From assembly GCA_051362555.1 (NCBI GenBank), contig CM120641.1, forward strand, positions 31,006,401 to 31,070,400: 64,000 bases of DNA. Direction: 5' to 3'. This document shows positions 25,919 through 46,800 of this stretch, one piece after another (position 1 is the first letter of the stretch; the number at the start of each line of letters is the position of its first letter). Under the pieces are notes generated by a model that saw only the letters and a list, made by a program, of their open reading frames with translations, ran no database searches and was not told the origin of the DNA. The stretch comes from Lingula anatina (lineage: Eukaryota; Animalia; Brachiopoda). The position numbers and the translations under genes are program-made.

Positions 25919-26798
25919 ACCTAGCATATGCAAAGATTCAGTGAAGATTCTTTGGGATGGGAAAAAGCGGAATACATGTAGTTTTTCAAGTTAACACAAT
26001 CGAAGAGGAGTTCATTTTAGTTTATTGAGTAAGTATAAAGACTATTTGCTTCCCTTCTGATAAATGCTGTAAGGCTTCTGGTTTGTGATAACAAACAAAT
26101 CTTATCTACATTCGTGTCTTTCATTCTGTTTCTACAAAATCATTGATCTAATCAACACAAAACGGTGTTCAGTCATCCAAGTTTTCCTAATTGCTTAAGT
26201 GACTCCTATATACAGTGATTGCTGTACACAAGACTGCGTGATGAGCATAATGCAGTTGCTGTTATTTCCTGTATGAGCTATGTGTGTTTGTGTGTGTGTG
26301 TGTGTGTGTAATAAAAACTGCATGTACATGTATGTTACATGTAAATCAAAATTCATTGGCATCAGCATGGAGCATCACATATCTATTGAATTAACCTGTT
26401 CAGTATTAATTTAAAGATTAAACGAGACTTACCTGTAAGTTGAAGTTTGATTGGAATTTAACTCTCATCTGGATCATTTGAGGGATTATACGAGATATGC
26501 GTGCGCCTGCGTGGTACTCAATCTTTAAAGTTGAGTGTTCACGGCAACAAAGGAAGAAGGGTGGGTGTTAACTGAAAATAAGGGTGGGCGTATAATCCCT
26601 CAAATGATCCAGATGAGAGTTAAATTCCAATCAAACTTCAACTTACAGGTAAGTCTCGTTTAATCTTTAAATTTAACTCTCATCTGATCATTCGGGATTC
26701 TACGAGATTTCAAAGCTGTCGTGAACACGAACAAAGAACTGTTGAAACAAGTTTTTTTTTTTTTAATGCAACTCAAACAATATTCTCATGAATCATAA

Positions 26799-28028
26799 TC
26801 ACAGTTTTTCAAGCACTGAAAAAGCAAAACTAGTATTCTGTGATACTGTTGGTTTGTTATAAAACCTAGAAAAGGTATTGTTGTTACTCCAACCAGCTGT
26901 ACGTAAAATGGTACTGAGTGGAATATTGGCAGCAAAAGCTTTACTAGTAGAAGCTGCACGTGTGCTATGTGCTTTAAACACACTTGTATCCACTCCAGCC
27001 TTTAACATGACTGTCTTTATCCATCTAGCAATCGTATCCTTTTTTATAGGATTAAAAGGTCTGTTGTAACTAAGAAAAAGTTGTGAAACACCACTACTTC
27101 TATATTTGCTAGTTCTAATTAAATATTCATGTAACACATTCAACACACAGAGTCTGCTGTTCTCTGGGAAACCAGGTAAGTTTATGATTGGCTGATCTTT
27201 TGTTGGCCTAGACTGTTTAACTAATGCATCAATTAAAAAAGCCACTCCTGTGTCAGTTTTTAACACTGTTTTAAGGTTCATGAGATGAATTGATTGACAT
27301 CTTTGTCCTGATATCAGTGCCACCAGCATAACTAGTTTGAGTGTTAGATCTTTGTCTGAAAGTTCTGAAACTGGTGATAATTTCTCTAGGTATGCTAATA
27401 CAATATTTGTATCCCATGTGGTTTGGTATCTGGGAAAAGAAGGTCTGCTGTGAAATACACCTTTGATGAAATGCTTGATGAGCTGGTTAGATCCAAGTGT
27501 TGAGGAATCTTTCAGTTGCACAAAAGCTGATAAAGCAGATCTTGCAGTGCAAATGGCACTGTAATTAAGACCAGCTTCAAACAGTTCAGTGAGAAATCCT
27601 AATATTTGTGGCACACTTGGCTGAAAGGGATCATAATTGAGTTTAGTGCAGTAATTAATCCATTTTTTGATGTAGGTGTTGTACTGTTTTCGTGTGCCAG
27701 TCCGCCAAGATTGCATAATAATGTCTTGAGTTTTGCCTGAAATACCCTTTTCTTGTAAGCTTTTCCCGATAACAAACATGCCATCAGCCTCATCTTGTCT
27801 GACAGTGGGTGCACCTCCCCTTTTTTGTGCGGAAGGCTCAGGATTTTGTGTGTTGGCGGCAACAGCACTGGTTCTCTGTAGAGCATCTGAAGGAGGACTG
27901 GGAACCATGGCTGTGTGGCCCACAGTGGAGCTATCAGCAAGATGTCGGCCTGGTCTGTCTGCAGCTTCTGAAGGACCTGATTCAGCATACTGAAAGGAAG
28001 AAATGCATAGTTTAAGTTTACAGACCAA
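26799..28028 (-). CDS. DIRS tyrosine recombinase
   Basis: GQR, HSTR, AGW and FSRFY catalytic motifs. Overlaps the 3' end of the RT ORF; the true start is uncertain. Confidence 0.95.
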   Translation of the reverse strand: MVCKLKLCISSFQYAESGPSEAADRPGRHLADSSTVGHTAMVPSPPSDALQRTSAVAANTQNPEPSAQKRGGAPTVRQDEADGMFVIGKSLQEKGISGKTQDIIMQSWRTGTRKQYNTYIKKWINYCTKLNYDPFQPSVPQILGFLTELFEAGLNYSAICTARSALSAFVQLKDSSTLGSNQLIKHFIKGVFHSRPSFPRYQTTWDTNIVLAYLEKLSPVSELSDKDLTLKLVMLVALISGQRCQSIHLMNLKTVLKTDTGVAFLIDALVKQSRPTKDQPIINLPGFPENSRLCVLNVLHEYLIRTSKYRSSGVSQLFLSYNRPFNPIKKDTIARWIKTVMLKAGVDTSVFKAHSTRAASTSKAFAANIPLSTILRTAGWSNNNTFSRFYNKPTVSQNTSFAFSVLEKL

Positions 28029-29581
28029 GACTGCTGAAAAGCATCTATTGCAAGTGCATGGGGGTCTGGTTTCCAGGCATAATAAAGTTCTGTCTTATGA
28101 TTCAACCTGGAGGCAAACAGGTCAACAGAAGGTCTCCCAAGGAATGCAGCTAAATGCTCAAAAATAGAGGGGGATAAAGACCATTCTGTCCTATCATTAA
28201 AATATCTGCTATGTTTGTCTGCCACAACATTAAGGACACCTGGGATGTGAGTTGCTGAGAGCCAAATGTTGTGTTTAATTGCCCACTTCCAGATAGAAAG
28301 GGTGATCTCATTACATTCACTAGAATGGGTGCCTCCCATATTTCTTATGTATGCAACAGCAGTAGTATTATCCATTTGTAACTGTACATGTTTTCCACAA
28401 ATGTCCTTTTGAAAAGACCGTAACCCAAGCTGGGCCGCCCTAAGTTCCAAAAAATTGATATGTTTAGTCATTTCACATTTCTGCCATCTACCCCCTGTTG
28501 TGGACTCTTGTAACACTGCACCCCATCCCATTTTTGATGCATCTGTCTGAATAATACAGTCAGGATTGGGGAGTCTTAGATTTTTGGCCAAGTTGATGTT
28601 ATCTATCCACCATACTATGTCTGTGATTGCCTTGTTACTAAAAATCATATGTGCATCAAAATTACCCCTGTTTTTCTTAAGGGCTAGAATTTTATCCATT
28701 TCCAGGGACCTGTAGTGTAGTTCCCCATATTGTACCCCAGGTAAAGCTGAAACTAGGGAACCTATCAACTGTGCACCTTGCCTAATTGTGCATTTAGGCT
28801 TTTTCATTCTGTCCATTAATTTTGAAACAATGTTAGCCCTTCTCTCTGAAGTGAGCATAACTGTCATTGACCTAGAGTTCAAGGTAAAGCCCAAGTGGTC
28901 CATAATTTGAACAGGAACTAGTGTGGACTTTTGTTCATGAATAACAAAACCCAATTTCGATAGTAATTGCACAGTTTCTCTAACATTCTCCTCACAAGCT
29001 TCCTTAGTTTCACCTTGTAAATATAGGTCATCCAAGTAAATGCTGGAAATGTATGCTTTTGACCTTAATTGTGCCAAAACTGGTTTAAGAAGCTTAGTCC
29101 AGATTCTGGGTGCAGAGGCTAGTCCATTTGGAAGTGCAACATATGAAAAAAGACTGCCTTTCCATCTAAATTTAAGGTATTTCTGAAATTCTGGAGCTAC
29201 AGGGACAGAGTAGTAAGCATGCTTCAGATCCAGTGAAGCTAAGTAACAATTTGGAGTCATAAGATTTAGACAAGTTTGCACCGTGTCCATTTTAAAATGA
29301 TGGTATTTTATACAAGAGTTCAATTTTCTCAAGTTAAGAATCATCCTATGGGTGCCATCCTTTTTTGGCCTGAGAAAAATGGGAGAAACAAACTGTCCTG
29401 GTTCCTCATTAGAGGATATGATGACACCTTTGTCAAGCAATTTTTTAATTTCTGAATCCACAATAAGCTGTTCTGCTGAACTAAAGTTTAAGCTGTTAGG
29501 CTCAAAATTTTGTACAGGTTGTTCTGTAAAGTCTAACTTGACCCCTACAACATAAGAGAGTATCACTGGATCTGAAGTCAA
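27599..29581 (-). CDS. DIRS reverse transcriptase / RNase H / DNA N6-adenine methyltransferase-like ORF
   Basis: Motifs LDLKHAY, LPNGLASAP, YLDD, TDAS, HINFLEL, DNTTAV, N..AD and DLFASRLN. The frame is open upstream of the listed start. Confidence 0.95.
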   Translation of the reverse strand: MTSDPVILSYVVGVKLDFTEQPVQNFEPNSLNFSSAEQLIVDSEIKKLLDKGVIISSNEEPGQFVSPIFLRPKKDGTHRMILNLRKLNSCIKYHHFKMDTVQTCLNLMTPNCYLASLDLKHAYYSVPVAPEFQKYLKFRWKGSLFSYVALPNGLASAPRIWTKLLKPVLAQLRSKAYISSIYLDDLYLQGETKEACEENVRETVQLLSKLGFVIHEQKSTLVPVQIMDHLGFTLNSRSMTVMLTSERRANIVSKLMDRMKKPKCTIRQGAQLIGSLVSALPGVQYGELHYRSLEMDKILALKKNRGNFDAHMIFSNKAITDIVWWIDNINLAKNLRLPNPDCIIQTDASKMGWGAVLQESTTGGRWQKCEMTKHINFLELRAAQLGLRSFQKDICGKHVQLQMDNTTAVAYIRNMGGTHSSECNEITLSIWKWAIKHNIWLSATHIPGVLNVVADKHSRYFNDRTEWSLSPSIFEHLAAFLGRPSVDLFASRLNHKTELYYAWKPDPHALAIDAFQQSWSVNLNYAFLPFSMLNQVLQKLQTDQADILLIAPLWATQPWFPVLLQMLYREPVLLPPTHKILSLPHKKGEVHPLSDKMRLMACLLSGKAYKKRVFQAKLKTLLCNLGGLAHENSTTPTSKNGLITALNSIMIPFSQVCHKY

Positions 29582-29649
29582 CTTCTGCCATTCAAGAAGA
29601 GACTGTTTTATATTACCAGCAACAAAAGGTTGACTTACATGAGAATTTC

Positions 29650-31125
29650 CTAATACTCTTTCTTCTGGAACTTTTTCCCTGTCCAGTTTTTCCTGTTGTT
29701 CTGTTGACTTCTCTGGTTCTTCCCTCCTAAAAAAGAACCAGCTTTTTTGTTGTCATAGCGAGCTGTTGCCCTTGTAGGAAATACCCTGGGTTTGGAGAAG
29801 ATATTTGTGGGTCTAGGGCGTGCTATTTTCTTCTGAACCTTGTTAGAGATTTTTAGGCCTTCTTCAATATCCTTCATATTTGCATCCAAATTGTCACCAA
29901 ACAGCTCCTTGGTGACAGGATTCTGTGGGGAAGCCAAAGCTTTGTATTTCTCATTAATGTCTGGTTTGGCGAGTTCTCTGCGAAACATAGAAATGTCATG
30001 TACAACTGCAGCAAGGATGCTGAATCCGTCTGTCATCTTTGCTAGCAATGTTTCAGGAGAAGGCACATCTCCTTCTCCTTCAAGGTGTTTAGAACAAGCA
30101 TCAGCTATCTCCAGGAAGGGTGTAAGTCCATGGAATATGTTGGTTTGCCAGTTTTGCATTATCTTGTCATTATATTTGGTTAAAGGTCTCAGTGTTCCCC
30201 ACAGTCTCTGGTTACATTTGATCTGAGTCATGTAGGTACAGTTCTCAGGTGGGTGATAAAGTTTCACCATATCCTCCAGAACTTCCTCAGGCATACCCTT
30301 GTACAAAACAGTGTTCATGATTTTAGCAACATCATCATGAACTTTCGGGCCTCTAACTTCATCATTAGTCACTGCAGCCAAAATGTTTTTCAAACATTGT
30401 AAGCCCTGAGGCTGACTGACCTGAGTTTCTGAGGGTTTTTCCTTAGCAGGACTGTCACTGCTATCACTGTCAGCATTACTATCATCATTGGCAGGAGTAG
30501 AACGAAAGTAAGATTCCTCAAGCAGGGATTCCTCATCATCTGACAAAATACCATCCTGGTCGCTATTTATACTAGCATCGTACGCACGTTTAAGTTCCGA
30601 TACGACAGGAGTAAGAGACGCTAGCATCTGTTGAATATTACACAATTGCTCCTTCATGTCGTTCATATCTTTTTGTACCTCACGAGAGCTCACTGAATGG
30701 TCACTGAATGACTTGGAGTAGTTTCCATGCGAGCGTGAGCTCCGGCTACTTCTAGGACCATGGGCGCTGCCATCATGTGTAGCCGACTTGTTAGATTTGT
30801 TGTTCGGGTCGTCACGTGACTCCGAATCTGCTTCGTGTACGGAGATTTCCGAAGGAATCGCATCCTTGGAATTTAGTTTTTTTCCATGGGAGCCTGCACC
30901 ATCCGTGAAGCTGACGTCCTTTGTCAGCTTTGCTCTTTTGCTATAAGCAGAGCTCGGGGTTCTTAGTCTTTTACCCCTATTACCACTAGATTTGGTTTTG
31001 GTAGTCGATTTTTCTGAGCCAGCATCCTTTGCTGAAGCCCGCTCTGCGCCACTCTGGCTTGCCTCAGCCTGAGCAATAATAGCGCCAACTAAGTCGCTTT
31101 GCAGTCCGGTCTGAGCCGACGACAT
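29650..31125 (-). CDS. DIRS Gag-like ORF1 (491 aa)
   Basis: First ORF of the element, ATG start. PENC...RRELAKP...LFGDNL motifs typical of DIRS ORF1. Confidence 0.85.
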   Translation of the reverse strand: MSSAQTGLQSDLVGAIIAQAEASQSGAERASAKDAGSEKSTTKTKSSGNRGKRLRTPSSAYSKRAKLTKDVSFTDGAGSHGKKLNSKDAIPSEISVHEADSESRDDPNNKSNKSATHDGSAHGPRSSRSSRSHGNYSKSFSDHSVSSREVQKDMNDMKEQLCNIQQMLASLTPVVSELKRAYDASINSDQDGILSDDEESLLEESYFRSTPANDDSNADSDSSDSPAKEKPSETQVSQPQGLQCLKNILAAVTNDEVRGPKVHDDVAKIMNTVLYKGMPEEVLEDMVKLYHPPENCTYMTQIKCNQRLWGTLRPLTKYNDKIMQNWQTNIFHGLTPFLEIADACSKHLEGEGDVPSPETLLAKMTDGFSILAAVVHDISMFRRELAKPDINEKYKALASPQNPVTKELFGDNLDANMKDIEEGLKISNKVQKKIARPRPTNIFSKPRVFPTRATARYDNKKAGSFLGGKNQRSQQNNRKNWTGKKFQKKEY

Positions 31126-32199
31126 GCTAAAAAACCAGCGTCAATTAGTACAAAAGATTGTCTGTCAAGCAATCTCTCACAAAAGAGTATGACCAGTCTT
31201 TAAAAAACCACGTAAATTATAAAAAATCGATGAATAATCGAGTGCACGTGTGAGCACGAAGACAAGCGAACGCAGAATTGAGTACCACGCAGGCGCACGC
31301 ATATCTCGTAGAATCCCGAATGATCAGATGAGAGTTAAATTAATAAGCAAACTTCTTGTTGATGGATGACAGCTGGCAAGGTTTTTATCGTGCAACTTTC
31401 TCATCATTTTGGCAACTGTACACCTTCACACATTTTCTTTTTTTTTTATTTTGGTTTAACTTAGTCTAGCCTTTCAATTTATTAGTCACATATTGCCTTT
31501 CATAAACCAGAAAGAATACCAGTTCATAGTATTTTGCAATCCTTTACAAATTACACCAACATTACGGATAATGTTCTGATACATATGTTTTGAAGCAAAG
31601 ATAACTGAGGCATGTGTTTTAAAGCCATTCTCACTTCAATATTTTGTCAACTGTCTCAAACTTTGATACTTAGATCACAGCACTATAGTTTGCCCCTAAC
31701 GTGAGTAGTTCTTAGAAACACTAAATGCTACTATGGACCAATAGTGAAATAGTTGTATGTCACTTTCCTGGTATAAATAATTAAATTGGAATTAACAGTT
31801 AAATTCTAACTAAATATAACATTTCCTTATAGGTCGCAAGTTTATGCTAGCTTGGGCATGATGAGTAGGTATTAACTCGATCATTGGCTGGTTTGATAAA
31901 GGTTATTGTTTTAAGTCTTTTGCTTTGGGTATTATATTTTTAGATTATTCTCTCTAGTTTTGGATTACTCAAACTTGGTTTTTCAAGGAAAGCACCCACA
32001 TCTGTATATGTATCTATAAAACATCCCTCAGTATTGTGTGCACTTATAAGCATGTATTGGTACCAAAAAAGGGAAGAATAATAGTGATTTTTGGTAAGGC
32101 CTATATATCTCCTGAGTGCCCAAATAAGTGTGATAGCCTTCTTATACTTGTAGCTTTTTGTGTGTTATTATTCCTTATATAACCTCACTCTTACAGTAC

Positions 32200-32969
32200 C
32201 AAGGATGGGTGTAGGGGAGAAAAAAAGCTTACTAAATAATATCTATATAATGGTAATTAACACAAATATCAGTACATTGTATATCATTATGGATCCGGAG
32301 GCAAGGGATGTGACAATTTATTTCAAAAGTCATGAATGCATGGTCAAGGGTCATTGATAATATAATGGGTCAAAGGTCACAGGAGGTGATTTTGGTGGAT
32401 TTTTCATAAATTAAAACCAAATTGTTTTAAAAATCATTGTTTGAGTAAGAATTGGTGAATGATTTGTAAAAATGGTGTAGTTTAATGCTAATTGATAACA
32501 CTTAGAGCCTCAGCTGTCTTAATTTAGAAAACTATGTAAAAGAATGTGAACCTTACGATCCAAAGGTACCCTCTCTGAAAGTGAGGGTAGGGGAGAGAAA
32601 ATGCTTGCCATATCAATATGATTAAAGATACATCAATACATTATGCAGGTAAGGGATGGGACAATAATTTTCATGAGGCATGAGTGCTTGACAATAATCC
32701 AAGGTTTATTGATAATGGGCCAAGTGTCACAAGAGGTCATATTTTATGGATTTTTCATGAAGTAAAATCAAAATCTTTTGCAAAAAACATTGATTGACAA
32801 AGAAATTGAAATTTGGTGAATGATTTGTCAACATGGTAATATATTATTCTTATGCTTATGAACAAAATTTGGAGCCTCATTAGTCTTATTTTAAAGAACC
32901 ATGCGAACTAATAAAATGTGAACCTAACATTCAAAGTATGGGTTCTTTGAAAGTGGGGATAGGAGAGAG

Positions 32970-32972
<3 letters not shown>
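32200..32972. repeat. Two diverged ~375-bp tandem copies abutting array block 2
   Basis: GGGAGAGAAAA-like motif at ~32214, 32590 and 32962; ATTGGTGAATGATTTGT appears twice. Confidence 0.65.
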
Positions 32973-42456
<9,484 letters not shown>

Positions 42457-43856
42457 TGTAACAGTAACTACGCATGTGCTTCTCTTGTATATTGGATCCG
42501 ATAGTGCTGCCACGTAGTGTCACTTAGCTTTTACTTGACGGCGGCACGCGTCCGACGCTCTTAGAAGGTTTAGGCCCCAAACGAGGTAAATCAAGATTTA
42601 ATCTTTCATTATATTATTATTTTTATTAGGAATCAAAACTTTGAAGTTATCGTCTCGATTTACAAGTTGTTTATCACTCAATTTCAGAATTATTGTTAGT
42701 TTAAGAAGTTTCCATGTCAGCGTATGTGTTCGTAGGACTACATGTATGTTTTATGTTTATTTTAGTTCCACGGGAATAATATTTCGTCGGAACCGAATGG
42801 GAATAAAGATTTTACCATCAACTTGATCCAGTTTTTATTATTTATTTATTTATTTAAAGACGCGTGCTGCTACAGTGGAACTCGTAGTGGAACTCGTAGC
42901 ATGGAGATCGATACAGAGATTATTGCAGATGATGTGGGTGGTGCGGGAAATTTAGAGAGAACTGGAATTGTAGGAGAGATTTGTTAATATAATATTGGAC
43001 AAAATGACATTTAATTTGTGAATCATCGACCTTGTATATTTTGAAACATTTCGAAGCTTGATGTGGACGACTGATATGAGAAACTTTTGTTGATTCCCGC
43101 CTTGGAAGATGCGAGATTTCCCGCCCTTTGATGACGCTATGTTCCCGCCTTTGGTAGCGACAAGTTTTCCAGCCTATCACAATGTGTGCCTTTGGTCACG
43201 TGACTGGTTTCCCGCCTCTGATCCAGTGACAGTTCTGTCTACGTAAATTTGTATCACTTTACTACATTTATGGACTCACGTAATACAATGTATCAATTTA
43301 TGACTTGAACATTGAAACAAATATTGGACAATTTATTATTTAGATAAAGTGATAGCGTCAATTCATTTGTTTATGTAAACAAACTAGTAGACATTTTAAA
43401 GTACTTTTGAACAATTGAAAACAGTAACACAGTGTCAGTTGAATGTTTTTTGCCTGAATGTTTAATTGAGTACGGCAGAGGACAATCCAGGAACACTATG
43501 CTAGCACACCACAGCATACACAGCTGATTGCTTTGAATATCTTGCATTAATTTGATCAAGTTTACGTTGTTGTTTTTACTGTTTAGCTATCTTTAATTTG
43601 TGTATTCATTTTTACAGCACCAGATTTACATAGAGCAGATCAGTTATCTACATTGAGCAGTGGTGGCTTGTCAGGCACAGCACATACATGGTAGCGGCAG
43701 GTAGAAAGCATGGGAATTTTTAATTGTTTTATGCCCACCCTGGAAAGGGGGCATATATAGCGTTCCTTATGACATTTGTCTGTTCACACCGTGATTCATT
43801 CCATTGTCTAGCCTGCTTGGTTCTATAGTCTTGAATCTTTGTTTAAATAAGAAGGT

Positions 43857-46800
43857 ATGTCTTTAGTCAATCTACCAGCGTCTGATGTTACTTTGAAGGA
43901 AATCAGACGTTCTGTGAGTGTCCCCTCTCTAGTAAATGAAAGGGCAGAACTCAAGAAACGTATACGGCCATTGACTGAAAAGGGTATACAGTGGCAGATG
44001 GATAGAAATAGACAGCATTTGCGAAATGCAATATCTAGTTGGCGCAAGCAAGCGTCCAAGCTTGAAATAATAGCTGATGACTGTAGTGATGTAGGCCTTC
44101 TAAGGACTACACGGAATGAAATCTGTACAGCTTTAGATTGTGTACAGAAATCCTTTCATGATGTTGAAACATGTGGTGGTTTAGATGAAGATTTTAGGGT
44201 AAAGGTAGAGACCATAGAGGAAGAACATTTGCACCTTCTCAGAAGGACAGGTAATCGTATTAGGTTGCTTGAGTTGGATGATCAAGGTTCGCATATTTCT
44301 AGACAATCAAGTCGTAGGTCCTTTGCTAAATCTGAAGTAGCCAGCGAAAGATCGCACAGGTCAAGAATTGAAACTCTTCAGGCTCAGATTAAACATTCTG
44401 AGTTGGAAGAACAGAAAAGACATGAGCTTCTGAAAATCCAATCAGAATTGAAACGCTTACAGTTGAATAAAGAGCTAGAAATAGTCCAAGCAGAGTTATT
44501 AGATGATGTTGTATATGTTGATAAGGATCAAATGCCTATGAAGTCTGAATCTCGTAGTGACCATGCAGTCCATCCCAAGGCTCTCCTCAGCTGTGACACT
44601 TATGAATCCCTTGTTCAAAATCTGCTAATAAGCAGACTTCCAATTCCAGAACCTGCAATTTTCGATGGTAGCTCATTGCAGTATCCAAGCTGGAAAGCAG
44701 CATTCACAGCTCTTATCTCTCACCACAAAATACCCAACATAGAAAGGTTGTACTACTTAAAGAAGTATGTCAGAGGAGAGGCAAAAGAGTGCATAGAGGG
44801 TTGTTTTCTTATCAGCACAGAAAATTCATTTGACGAGGCCATGTCCATCCTGGAAGAAAGGTTTGGCAGTCCATTTGCCATTGTCTCAGCCTTCAGAGAT
44901 AAACTTAGTAAGTGGCCAAAGGTATCTGGGTCAGATGGTACTGGACTGTTGAAATTGTCTGATTTCCTTAATCAGATAAAAGCAGCCATGTCTTGTTATC
45001 CTGGGCTGAATATCCTTAATGATGAAAGAGAAAACCAAAACATTCTGCATAAGTTACCTGACTGGCTTATAGCTAGGTGGGGTAGAATGGTCGTTGAACG
45101 GAAAGCAAAGGGTTCTTTCCCAACATTTAATGAATTTGCAGAATTCTTGAGCAAGGAAGCAAAGATTGCTAGTGACCCTGTTGTGTCTGTTCAATCTTTA
45201 AAACAAAGGGGTAAAGAAGGACCCAAGGGTGATAAAAGGTTGAGCTCATTCTTCCTTAATGATAATGAAAGTGAGTCAAGGCAAAGGGAGCAGGCACAAA
45301 ATGTAAGACCTGCTGTGAGTACTAGTAGACATACTCAAAGTAGAAGTCAGACTCATGTAGATACAGTCAATTATAGACAGAGTTCAAACAGACAAACAAA
45401 CATCACAAAATGTCATTTGTGTAAAGGGCCCAATGATCTGGATAACTGTAGCCAGTTTAAGGCCAAACCTATGCTAGAACGTGAAAGGTATGTAAGAGAG
45501 CAATTTCTATGTTTTAAATGTCTCTCACCAGGGCATCAATCCAAGGATTGCTTAGCCAAAAAGACTTGTCAAACCTGTAACAAATTACACCCTACTAGCC
45601 TCCATAAGACCCCACGTCAGACAAGTAGTACAGGCCCTCATACAAGTTCTCTGTCTTTCATGAGTGAGACCGTAGACCGAGACAAGACTTCCATGATTGT
45701 ACCAGTGTGGTTATCTCATACCAGTGAACCTGAGAAGGAATGCTTGGTATATGCTCTTCTTGATACCCAATCAGACACCACCTTTGTCTCTGACAGTGTG
45801 GTTAAGGACTTAGATATGACAGGGACTCCTACAAATTTGCGTCTGTCGACCATGACTACCAGCGCGACAATTAAGACAAATAGAATGACTGGTTTACAGA
45901 TTAGAGGTTATAGAAATGATGAAAAAATTATGTTGCCTGTTACATATACAAGGAAGTCAATTCCGGCAAATAGAGATCACATCCCTACATACGACACAGC
46001 TAGAAAGTGGCCGTACTTGAGTGGCATGGCAGATAGTTTGCCACCACTATTAGATGTAGATATAGGACTTTTAGTAGGATATAATTGTCCTAAAGCTCTG
46101 TTGCCCACTGAGGTGATAGCACCTCAAGGCAATGGCCCATTTGCACAGAAAACGGTGTTGGGTTGGGGAATAGTAGGCATAGTTGAACCCCTTGTTGAAG
46201 AGTCCTTAGACCCCATAGGAGTTAGCCATAGGGTGTTAACCTATAGGTCGTCTGTAGATAAGGTCTCATTTGCTGTACGCAACAGTGTCAAAGAAGTAGT
46301 GACTGACACTGCAGGGGATTTGGAAGCCATTGCCCCATCTCGTTTAGACCGTCAATTTCTAGATATTATGGAAAAGGGATGTAAAAAAAGTGACAATGGA
46401 GTGCACTATGAGATGCCACTCCCATTTAGAAATGGTAAACCCCGTCTCCCAAGCAATAGGGATCAGGCATTGTCTAGACTTATGACTCTGAAGAAAAGAT
46501 TTGTGCGTGACCCTGATTTCAAGAAAGATTATTACACTTTCATGAATGACATTCTCTCTAACGAGTATGCAGAGAGGGTGCCTATAGAGGACTTAGACAA
46601 AGGGGGGTCATGGTATATTCCTCACCATGGGGTATATCACCCAAATAAGCCCAAAAAGATACGGGTTGTGTTCGATTGTGCTGCTAGGCATCAAAATAGG
46701 TGTCTAAATGATGAGCTACTTACTGGCCCGGACATGATGAACTCATTGTTTGGAGTTCTTTGCAGGTTTAGACAAGAACACGTTTCTGTTACATGTGATG

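Larger units (their letters stand above)
26408..31341 (-). mobile_element. Complete DIRS1-type tyrosine-recombinase retrotransposon
   Basis: gag, RT-RNaseH-MT and YR ORFs. Inverted terminal repeats at 26453-26522 and 31277-31341, a 3' extension at 26408-26452, and an internal complementary region at 26589-26708. AATT at both ends. Confidence 0.96.

Noticed and set aside
26878-30226. Plus-strand ORFs within the DIRS element
   Set aside because: Antisense shadows of the minus-strand coding frames.
42641-42826. 61-aa ORF present three times
   Set aside because: Lies inside the LTR; its repetition simply reflects LTR copies.
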